The position numbers and the translations under genes are program-made. The notes under the pieces are model-generated. The model did no database searches. It saw only the letters and a program-made list of their open reading frames with translations, and was not told where the DNA came from. From Zootoca vivipara (taxonomy: Eukaryota), in NCBI RefSeq assembly GCF_963506605.1, contig NC_083278.1, positions 40,300,001 to 40,364,000 on the forward strand: a stretch of 64,000 bases of DNA, written 5' to 3'. Positions within the stretch are counted from its first letter, which is position 1. Each line of letters starts with the position of its first letter. Below, piece by piece: positions 16,679 to 28,600 of this stretch.

Positions 16679-19600
16679 ATGACTCACTCACAAGCTGAAA
16701 GTGTCATAAAGAATATCATCCGTGAAATAGGACAAGAATGTGCCATGAAAGGTCAAACTGTATCAGAAACTCTGGTGGCATTCATGGTAAGTGCAAAATA
16801 CACAGTTCGCTAATGTGCTTCATTTAAAAGCTCATCTTTCTAGCAGTGTTAGAAACTGAAATATGAAAGCTAGGAGCTAAATGGCACCTTAAACCTAGGT
16901 TATGGGTGCCACAGATCATGGCCACTGATCATGGCCAAGATCATGGCCACTGGTCCCATCACCTCCTGGCAAATGGAAGGGGAAGAAATTGAGGCAGTGA
17001 GAGATTTTACTTTCTTGGGCTCCTTGATCACTGCAGATGGTGACAGCAGTCACAAAATTAAAAGACGCCTGCTTCTTGGGAGAAAAGCAATGACAAACCT
17101 AGACAGCATCTTAAAAAGCAGAGACATCACCTTGCCTACAAAGGTCCGTATAGTTAAAGCTATGGTTTTCCCAGTAGTGATGTATGGAAGTGAGAGCTGG
17201 ACCATAAAGAAGGCTGATCGCCGAAGAATTGATGCTTTTGAATTATGGTGCTGGAGGAGACTCTTGAGAGTCCCATGGACTGCAAGAAGATCAAACCTAT
17301 CCATTCTTAAGGAAATCAGCCCTGAGTGCTCCCTGGAAAGACAGATCGTGAAGCTGAGGCTCCAATACTTTGGCCACCTCATGAGAAGAGAAGAATCCTT
17401 GGAAAAGACCCTGATGTTGGGAAAGATTGAGGGCACTAGGAGAAGGGGACGACAGAGGACGAGATGGTTAGTGTTCTCGAAGCTACGAACATGAGTTTGA
17501 CCAAACTGCGGGAGGCAGTGGAAGACAGGAGTGCCTGGCGTGCTATGGTCCATGGGGTCACGAAGAGTCGGGCACGACTAAACGACTAAACAACAACAAC
17601 ATGGGTGCCACAACAGAATGTCTAGGCGCACTTTTTTAAATAGCAAGAATACCAAGCTGAAAATGAATGAACTGCAGCTAAACCTATCAACTTGCCTGAT
17701 GCTGCAGCAATCTCTTGGAAGTCGAGGTGGGAGGAATTTCTCCTCTTAGGCTCTCAGCGCCAGCAGTGGCAGTTTTAATCTGAAATATTAGACGCGGTGC
17801 TGCACCCAGAGCTCAGAAACTGCTCACGCGAATGAAATTCGCTGTCGCAAAATGCGCCTACAACAACGGGAGTTTCAAACGCTGCTTTCTAGTCACGTTA
17901 CCACGTCACTCCTGTGGCATTAAAATAATGTTAAAGGAACAGAACATCACAAAACATGGTTGTCTCGGGGCTAAAATGCAAGTCACACAAGAGTTAGGCA
18001 GGTAACTCTTGGAGCTCTAGAACCCATGGACAGCTAAGGAAGCTGAACGTTGAAAGATTCGGGACACACAAAAGAAGATGCTTTTTCACGCAGCACATAG
18101 TTAAACTGGGGAACTCACTCCCAACTGAAGCAGTGATGACCACCAACATGGATGGTTTGAGAAGAGTATTCATGACTTTCAATGGCTACTAGCCACAATA
18201 GCTGTGCTCCACCTCCACTTGCAGATTGGAAAAGACTCACTGCTTCTTGTACTTTCCACAGTAGTACACCTACTCTAGCATTTTGCTTCTTGAGCTGGGC
18301 AGGTAATGATGACATTTGTACCGTATTTTTCTGTGTATAAGACACCCCCATGTATTTTGGGGGACTCCAAATTAAGAAAACACCACTCAGCACTACCTGT
18401 GTATAAGACGAGCCCCAATTTTAAACCTAATTTTTGGGTAAAAAACAAAAACTAGTCTTATACACGAAAAAATACGGTACTTCCCCAAATGCTGGGGATG
18501 CGGCATTGGAGCTCACAACCACACTTTTCCAAGCAATGTTTTAAAGGAGGCTAGAACTGAGAGCAGAATAAAACCTCATGCTGGGTTGCTTCTATCCAGT
18601 GTCACCATAGTGGCTGTACCTTTGGACATGGGCGTACCCAGGATCAAAACTAGGGGGGGGCAAGGGGAGGGGCCAAGGCACGGAAGGGGAGGGGCCACAA
18701 AGTGGGCGGGAACGGCAAACTCGCGCTCCGCCGGGCTGTGCCCCTCCCTAGAAGCAGGACTGTTGGGCGGAGGCGGAGCCCAGCCCAGCGGAGCGCGAGT
18801 TCAGCGTTCCCGCCGCGCCGCGCTCTCTGGTTCCCCGCCGCGCTTGGCCTTGCCAGAGGGCGCGACGGGGAGCTGGAGGGAGGGCGCAGCGCGGCGGGCG
18901 GGAACGGCGAACTCGCGCTCCGCCGGGCTGTGCCCCTCCCTAGCAGCAGGGCTGGTGGGCGGAGGCAGAGCCCAGCCCAGCGGAGCGCGAGTTCGGCGTT
19001 CCCGCCCACCGCGCCGCGCTCCCTGGTTCCCCGCCGCGCTTGGCCTTGCCCGAGGGCGCGCCGGGGAGCTGGAGGGAGGGTGCGGCGCGGTGCGGCGGGA
19101 ATGGCGAACTCGCGCTCCGCCGGGCTGTGCTCCGCCTCTGCCCACCAGCCCTGCTTCTAGAGTAGGGCAGCTGCCCTAACTTGCCGCATGGTGGGTACGC
19201 CCTTGCCTTTGGAGCTCTGCTCTATATTTTATTTAATAGAATGATAAATTAACCACTCAACCATTTGTTGCATATTTAAAAATCATTTTTGGTTCCCATT
19301 GATTTTGCTAAAATTTCCAAGTAAGTATGCTTCCCGGGACCAGGGAGTTAGTCCTCATGCCTATTAAATTAAACTGGGAAATGGCATTTAGTGGGGAAAC
19401 CTTGAGCAGTTGGGACATTTAATTTGTTTTATTCTGCGGTTGTATTTGGCAGTAATATTTCTTTAAGAGCACAAGATAAATATTTAAATGGAAGGTTGGT
19501 TGCTTTTTTGTTTGTTTTTTTACTTATAGGTGAAAGCTGTTGTATTGGATCCAAGGAATGGATTTAATGTGGACAGGACCCTTACAAAGGCTGATGTGCA

Positions 19601-22600
19601 AAAACTTATTAAGGTGATTTTGTGAATCTAAACATTTGTTTAACTATTTTTATACTGGTTTCAATGAACTTACTGAGACTTATCAACAAATTAAAGCAGT
19701 CTCTCAAGCAACTCATGAGGTCTGTGGGTATTAAGCAGCCTAACTCTACTCAGGATTGCAGCCTAAATTATTGTTTTGTGTATAGTGTTTACCAAATTAA
19801 TAAAAACCTACATTTCAGACCACAAAATCATTTAAAGCCTATTCTCTCAGAGCCATCTAAAGCCACATATCACTCAGTGATAAACCTTTGATTGGTGTCC
19901 ATTTTCTCATTATACGTTGAAATCTCCCCCAACTGCTTCTCCAGACCTGCACAATTGGATCATAATTTTGTACACCCAGTTGATGAACACAAAATATAAC
20001 ATTTGATTTAAATGTAATGAAAACTTGGCGAGCAGATGACACTTTAATGCATTCAGCTATAATAAGTAGAATTTAAAATATGCCTCACATAAATGGCTTT
20101 ATAAGCATAGCTACATACATATATTATTGCTTCAAACTGTGATAGGCCCTTTTGAGGGCCCCTGAAAAATGAAAATGCTTTGTTCTAAAGAAAGCCTCCT
20201 ATGTGTGATTTTGAGGTTGTTATATATGTTAGATAGATTTTAAGAAGGTGGTTAGACTAGTTCATTGCCACTAGTGACTAGTATTCCAAGCAACAAATCT
20301 CTGTGTGTCTGCAGCCTAGTGCTGCTGTATTATGCAGACTGCTTGTGTAAAAGGGATTATTGGTGTCAAGGCTGAGGGCTGCATATTTGCTGCTTTAGAG
20401 TATGTGGAGCAGCTTGCCTCCTCTCTCTGATGAGAATGAGTAGCTTCATGAAGCTATGTGCACTTCAAAGTTCCTGCAGCCACCTGGAATCAGGCAATAG
20501 CAAAAAATCTAATCCATATTATTCAACTCCAGGCAGCAGTCCATTTATGCTATTTAAGAACAAGTAAATTACAAAAACTATGAACATTTTGTGTCTTTAA
20601 GCTACATTATGGCAACGCAACATTTTGTTCTTGCAGTGGTGCTTCTCAGCCCCTTAATCTGTTTCCTCAAGTAATGTTTAAGAAAAGGGCACCTTGTTTT
20701 TTAAATCTATTAAACTGTTGGATTTTGTTTCATGTGTATAGATTCTGTAGCATGGTGTTTCTGGATGCCCAATGGTAATATTATTTTTATAATTAGTTAA
20801 GGGGCTTGAAATAACTTACATCAACATTTTTTCTTTTTAGCTTTCTATTGAAAGACTGCTTGACACAAGCAATCCATCTCTGGACACTATTAAGATGCAA
20901 GTTTATTTTGATATGAACTATATCACTCGAGGTAATCAATGTGTAGAATAATTTAATGTGAATATGGTGATGGTGCAATCCTACGCACGCTTACTCAGAA
21001 GTCACACTGTGTTCTAGTAAACTTATATGGGATTGCAAGCGCAATTGCAAGCATAAATTCTTGCTACATGTGAAAATAGTACTGTAATACATTGGAACAG
21101 TAAATCCAACAATATGTGAACATGCTAAGAGATGCAATCTATAAGGAGATTATAAACTAAATTAGCTCTTTAAAAAAATATTCGACATTTACCTAATATT
21201 TGAACAGTTAATATTTATTGTGCATTTAAAATCCTGGAAGGGGATTTGTGTTTTTTTAAAGGTTATATCCTGTACCAAATAAATGGAACTGATACATTCC
21301 ACTGTCTCAATTTACTATAGCTGAGTTTGTGCAATTGTGTTATATAGTGCAGTCCTATGTGTGATTACTTGTATGTAAACCTCAGCATGTTCACCCGATA
21401 ATGCCCTAGGATGGCAGCCCTAAAGTAAGAGCCTGGGAGGATTTAAGCATGTGAAATGTGGGCATTTTTAACTAGCTAAGTTGAAAGCCTGTTGATGCCT
21501 ATGCACGTTTTTTGGCTTCTCTGTGCCTTGGGTTACAACTGATGTGTAACTGAAGAACTATCAAGTCTAGTGAAATCTGCATTACTATGTGGTCTGCTGA
21601 AGCATGCAGGTGTCACCAGTGATATAACTGGCTTTTGTATCACCCTCTGTGTTTCCTCTTAGTTGAGTTGATCAAGGAACAGCATCGTGTTTTGGATTCC
21701 CGCCTTGCTCCAGTGGGCAGAGAAATTACAGATAGCCGTGCTCGTACCAGAGAGGAATTGGAAAGTGTTTATCGAAAAATTGTCAGCTATGTCCTGCTGC
21801 GCTCTGGCCTTGGATCCCCTACAGACATCAAGGTCATTAGAGAGGCAACTGGTTGGTAACTGTTTCAGATATATGCTGTGAAGAGTTTTGCCAATATGCA
21901 CTTTTCTGTGGTAGTCATTGCATAGGAACTGAGCAACAAGCGGTGGCTAATTGGGGACTATCTTTTTCACTTTCTTTTGTTTTGAAGTATTTGTACGCTG
22001 CCTTTGTGCCTCAGTATGTACCTGTTTGTACGCAGAGTATGTACACCTCCCCGGTAAAAAAAAATCAAAGAAACCCTCAAAGGCACGTATACAAATATCT
22101 GCTCCAGACAGCAAAACCAGGCTGAGAATAGAATACAACCTGAGAGCCAGAAAAAGACACTTCACATATCCAGCAGGCCAAATGCAAGCAACCATCCAAC
22201 CCTTTCCTGAAGATATGGAGATCCTCTGAAGCCGCATTCAACACAGCATGAAGGGATGCAGACAGAAGGGCACAGCCCCTGTACTGCAGGATCCTAGCTT
22301 AGGTGTATTAACCAAGTCACAAGTGTTGTGTCAAGGGAGCAGCGGTGGTGTTCTTGGCACAACAACTGCCCAGGCTGGCCATTCACCATTCACGTCCTTA
22401 CTCACTGTGGCCTTCCATTCAAACTAATTGCTGATAAGGGCATTATACTATTCTGAGATTCTAGGTAAGTTCATGCAGAACTTGTAGCCTGGTGGTCTGC
22501 TATAATGCCTTGCACAACTCCATACTTTCCTCCAAGCCTCCACTCCCCTGATGATATTCCTTGACCACTTACTCTTGCATGTCATTCATCTCCATCCTAA

Positions 22601-25600
22601 TCCCTCCTTACACTCTTCAGGTCCTTAGCCCCTTCAGCTCCCAAGTCCAAATTATTCAGACTCTTACCTCTTGGAAGGAGAATTAGTAGCGCAGAATTAG
22701 CAAATGTCTCCCAATGGCCTTATTCACTGACATTTATACTTAAAAAAGTGTGTCAAGAGTCTCTAAATTCTGTAGAAGCTCTTGACACTCTTTTTTTTTA
22801 AGAGGGAGGGGTAGGGCAGTTTAACACACGTAGCTTTGTCCATAAGGATTTCAAGACCAACTGCAGTCATTAACAGTCATTAACAGTCATCAACAGGTTT
22901 ACCACTCCTATCAGCCCATCACCCATTCCCATCACCCTCCCCACCCTCTGACTATACATAAGGGTCTGGTGACTTCTGTTCCAGTGTATCTGAAGAAGTG
23001 TGCATGCACACGAAAGCTCATACCTATGACAAACTTAGTTGGTCTCTAAGGTGCTACTGGAGGGATTTTTTATTTTTATTCATAAGGATTTCAGTTTATG
23101 ATGTTAGTTTATTTATTATTCTCTTCAGCTGTCATAAGATTTAGCATTTTATAGCTCTTGATAAGTTAAGATGCTTTATACTTAACTATGTCCAGAGGAG
23201 AGGGGCATGCAAAGGGGGCTGCAACAGGAAGAAAAAGATTGGGAAATTCCCATTCCACAAGCAGAACATTCACAGATCTTAGGATTCAACTCATGATCTC
23301 CAGCATAGTGGGATCTCAAATGTGAATAAGTATCTTACTATACTAGGGGTGTTTCCATGGAAAATCCAGTAAGATACACCCACACTAGTTACCTGCTGGT
23401 GATACCTAAATGAATGATTTGCAAAATGAAGCCCTGATTGGAAGCACCCAATGTATAGCTCAGAGTGAACAAATTGTGGTATCGTCCCCAAATAACTTCT
23501 AGTGCTCACCTTTCTGTTTTATTTGATGTTACAGCTGTTGTCTGCCCTTTTTTTGGTATGACATTTTCCACATTTAATATTTTACAGCTGCCTTGCAGAG
23601 TGTATTTCCTCAAACAGAACTTGCTGCTTTCCTCTCCCTTTCAAAGAAGGAGAAAGAGAGGCAGTTGAAGGAGCTCACCATGATTGTCACAGGAATTCGG
23701 TTATTCAACAAGGAGTGTGGGAAGGGAGGAGAAGGCATTGATGAATGTAGGTATATACCGGTACTGTTGTTGTTTAGTCGTTTAGTTGTGTCCGACTCTT
23801 CGTGACCCCATGGACCATAGCACGCCAGGCACTCCTGTCTTGCACTGCCTCCCGCAATTTGGTCAAACTCATGTTCGTAGCTTCGAGAACACTGTAGCTT
23901 CGAGAACACTGTACCGGTACTAGTAGGTGCTAAACTTGATGATGTGTTTGTATTAGCCATTTAAGCCACTTTCAAATTTGCAAAAATGTTCAGTGCTGAC
24001 TGATCACCAATTTTGTAACTAGTCCCATCTAATTGCTTCATGCAAATACTGCATTTACCATAAGTTGATCTTCCAAATGAGATGTGATAACATGCTGTTC
24101 AGCTGCAGGTTAACTTTATTGAATATCTTCAAAATTGATAATCTGTACCACATTATCTATTAAATTGGCTTGTTGTAAAGCCTTCCCTAGGATTTTTATA
24201 TATGGTATTTATATAAAATAGAAAGCCATGTTAACCTCCTGAGAGAAAAAAGAAATGTTTTTAGTCTCACCATGAGGCTAACTTTTAATAAGTTTCATAT
24301 TAGAAAAATAGTGTGGGGTTTCATAGGTGACAACATACTACTTCAGATTCTTATTTTTGGAACTAGGAAAAGCATGGTGGAAAAGTCAGTTAACATATGA
24401 CAGTTTATTGACTAAAACTCAGCAATTTTAAAAGGTTATTAACCCAAACCAGGATCCAAAGATGCCAGCAATGTGTCCTTAAAAGTTATTTTGCAGATGC
24501 CCAGTCTTGTCTGTGTTAGGATCTCTTACTCACAAGTAAGACCCTGGTAGAGACAGGTGCCCAACTGGCATGTTCTCTCCCTCCTAGTAGATCGTTTGGG
24601 AGCTTCAAATTCTTTCTTCAGCCTGAACATCACAGTGACTGATGCCAACTGACATCAGCACACTTACGGATCCGCAGATATTGCGCAATTGCGTAACAGA
24701 ACTCAGTAGCTCAGCATTTGGCTAATCTGTGTTTATTTACATATAAACACACACGGAGCACTGCAACATGGCTCCCTCTCTCTCTCTAGCATCAGGCAGC
24801 AAAGGGAAAGGACAAAGGACAATAGTCCCACTTCAGGAAACACAGTAACACAAACATCCTGTTTCCGTCACTTCCCACTCTGTGGAATGTAAAACATATA
24901 CAGTCATGTGATAGACAACAATCCCATGAATGCAAACACAGGGAAATAACAGTCTGCAGTCATTCAAACTATGTTGGATGCTCTTCTGAGGTTCTCTCAG
25001 TCCTCAGCATAGCTGCCAAGTTTTCCCTTTTCTCGCGAGGAAGCCTATTCAGCATAAGGGAAAATCCCTTTAAAAAAGGGATAACTTGGCAGCTATGGTC
25101 CTCAGGAGAGACCTTTCAGGACATGCAAGGGGCTTCAAGAGAAAGGGAACCCACAAAAGCCTTGGTGTGTTCATATGGAAGGCTTCATGCATCTCTTTGG
25201 ATGTCAGCCCTGTTTATTTTAGAGAGGAATAGGTGGGGAAAATGCTTGTGGTTAGTTACTGAATTTGAGGTTGGCATGCTCAGTAATTACTGCCATGCCC
25301 CTTCTATATTTCAAACCAACCCTGTGTCAACAGTACCAGCTATTCTGAATGAAGCTATCCCAGCAGCCAACCACCATATAGAAATAGAACTGCAAGCTTC
25401 CAAGGATCTGGCGTACCAATACACAGCCTTGATTGAAATGATGCACCTGAGTCAAAATGCTGAGATAGAACTTAAAACGACAATGTTAAAAGAAGTCCTG
25501 TACAACGTGAGACAACATGAGGCTTTCCTTTGCATCATTATGGTGAGATTGTTTTATACTTTGCATCCCTTCTAGAATGCTGGTATATGCATTAATTGTG

Positions 25601-28600
25601 CCCGTCAGCTTTTCGTATACTTATAACTATGCTTATTGAATTTATATATTGCCTTTCATTTGAAGAACACAGGGCAGTTTGCAACATAAAAAATAAAACA
25701 AAAACACAAAATGCATAACAAAACAAAAAACGCCTATAATCCACCCACGCCCCTGAGACATTTAAAAGACCACAGATTGTTTAATCAGCGAATGGCCTGG
25801 TTGAAGAAGAATGTTATTGCTTGGTGCCTAAAGATCTGTAATGAAGGAGCCAGGTGAGCCTTCCTGGGGAGAGCATTCCACAAACAGGGAGCCACCATAG
25901 AACAGGCCTGTTCTCATGTTGCCGCCCTCTGGACCTCTCGTGGAGGGGTTACACAAAGAAGGGCCTCAGCTGATTATCGTTCCTTTGGTACATCTCTTTA
26001 GACACTAGGCAAAAACATGCCTCTTCTCCCAGGCCTTTGGCTAATTAAACAATCTGTGGCCTTTAAACTGTGGCGGTGGGGGGGGTATTGTTTTTATTTG
26101 TCACTATGGAATGTATTTTTGTGTTTTTCTATTGCAAACTGCCATGTGATCTTTGGATGAAGGGAAGTATAGAAACTGTATTATTATTACTGGTATTTTA
26201 TTATTCACCTCCCTGGCACAGCTAGCTGCCCCCTCCCAACTATGTTGCCACCGGATGAAGAAGAGCCAAGTGGGGAGTGGGAGGTTCAATTTAAGGAACC
26301 AACTTTCAGTTAGTAGAGAATTGTACAAGGTTCCAAGTTGGACAGAACTCTTTTCATGCACAGTGGAAAAGAAGTGTCATTCTCTGCAGTACATGTCCAG
26401 ATGACTGAGAATCTAATTGGAGATTGTCAATGTGTATGTGTATTCCACCCTATATTTCATTGAAAGAGCTCAAGATGGCATACATGGTTCTCTCCCTGCC
26501 CCCTGCTTTGTCCCATTGTTTATCCTCACAACAACCCTGGGACGTTGGTTAGTCTTGGAGATACTGACTGCCCCAAGGCGACTCAATGAGCTTAGGTAGA
26601 TGTGGTAGATTCAATGAACTGTGGAAATGTCCTGAATTTCCATTGGTAATCTGCTGTATGCTGTCTTTTCAGTCTGATGTGATCACATGTGCACAAGAAG
26701 TTGATATGATGCAGAAGCAGTTTGCAGCGCAGATGGAGCACTTAAAAAGTATTGTTCAGGCAAAGACAGCGGTGCCTACGTCTCTGGTTTATGTAAGTTC
26801 CTAAATTGCAAGGATGTAAAAAGAAGGACTAGCTTGTGTTTGTGTTCATATATTCTGTACTGTACCTGCTTTCTTATATATACCATGCTGAGTTCGCAGC
26901 ACAGACCTCTTTTACACCAAGAGATAGAGAGAGTCTGGATCCTTGCCTTTCTGTTCAGCTAGTCCAAGGGAGTTTTAAGCTTGTTTTTCTAATAGCAGTT
27001 CCCTGGTGCCACATGACAAACTGCTTTTGAAATGGAGGAATATTTCAAATGCTCTCTGTATTGTATCTTTGAAGTCAGCTATTCAAAGCAAAATAAAACA
27101 AAAACTACTTGGGCAATGGAGCTTATTTGTGTCTTCCTAAGCACCTCAGCGAACTCTTAGCCTAAGTGATACTTATTTTGAATTGTGTAATCATTGGTCA
27201 ACATGTAAACTGGCCAAACGCTCTAACCCAGGCATGTCAAACCTGCGGCCCTCCAGATGTTTTGGACTACAATTCCCATCTTCCCCAACCACTGGTCCTG
27301 CTAGCTAGGGATCATGGGAGTTGTAGGCCAAAACATCTGGAGGGCCACAGGTTTGATATGCCTGCTCTAACCATGTCTTTTTAAGAAAGCATAGTAACAG
27401 GTCATCACTGTGCTTCAAGGAACATCACCATCTTAGTTACAATGTCCTTTTCTTTTGAAACTTCTTAAACTGGCCAGACATTCCACCTGGTTTAAGAATC
27501 CTATTATGAGTCCTGTTCTTTCTCTTGTGCCTGTGCAGCAGCTGTTAATTAATGTTCCTTTAACAACCTTTTGCAGCTCTCCACCTACTCACCATATTAA
27601 CATTTCACACCTGTCTTTCTTTCCCTCTTTGGGCCTAACTTGATGACATGGCAGGATATATGTGATCAGATATTTTGCAGGTAGGGTTGCCAGACTCAAT
27701 AGAGGACAGGACTTCTGTGCCTTTAATTGCCCTGCTCTTTTTTGAGTCTGGAAACCTTAAAGAGAAACCAGCAGACCCTTTGTTCAATTTCCAAGCAAAG
27801 GGTCTGCTGGTTTCTCTTTAAGGTTTCCAGACTCAAAAGAGAGCAGGGCAACAGAAGTCTTGTCCTCTATTGAGTTTGGCAACCCTATTTGCAGGTTTTT
27901 TAAAGGTGGTGTGGGACTGAACTAGATTGGAGTCATAGTGCTAAGAGAGGGGTCTTGACCCCCCCCCATGATGTTTTCCCAATTTCAACTGCCCCCAGGA
28001 ACTACTATTTGCTACATACAACAAAGCATACAGGTGCCCATATGATACCACAGAACATATGGGGGTGGGGTATTCAGATCGGGAAAATAATCCCAATTAT
28101 TATAACCCAGCCAGCATCTTCATGCAGCTTTATTTCAAACAAACAAAAAAACAAACAAACCTGCAGTACATCAGATCTCCTGTCATTGTAGCAAGTTTGT
28201 CTCTAGGATTTTACACAGAGCTGCTAAAAAGTACTGTAAGTTTGTACAGATAGCTTTCTGTCAATTTAACAGCATGAAAATTCCCTGTTCTCTGTTTAAT
28301 TTTCATCAGAGGAATCTATTGCTTTATTGTATACAAGGAGTATATATCCTGGCACTATGATAGTCTTTGGTCCTATGCTGTGCTAGAAATAAATTAAAGA
28401 AATCAGGAATGCATGTTAAGGAGAGGAGAGAGTGTAAATATTCCTTCAAAAATCCATTACAATTACTGGTAAAATTGTTAGGGTTTAAGATCATGAATTG
28501 CACCCCTGCTTTTCTCTCCTCACCTGTGGAGTATATATAAAGAACAGCAGACTACATATATTTGGCAAGGGGGCAGCGTAATTTTGCAGACATAATGTAA

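Noticed and set aside
17758-17772. CTCF site CGCCAGCAGTGGCAG
   Set aside because: One base short of the core spacing on either strand; not supportable without binding data.
18586-19179. Overlapping 114-197 aa ORFs as novel genes
   Set aside because: They arise from stop-poor GC-rich repeat sequence inside a TIR/TSD-bounded transposon. The same applies to ORFs in the CpG islands and at 41870-42238.
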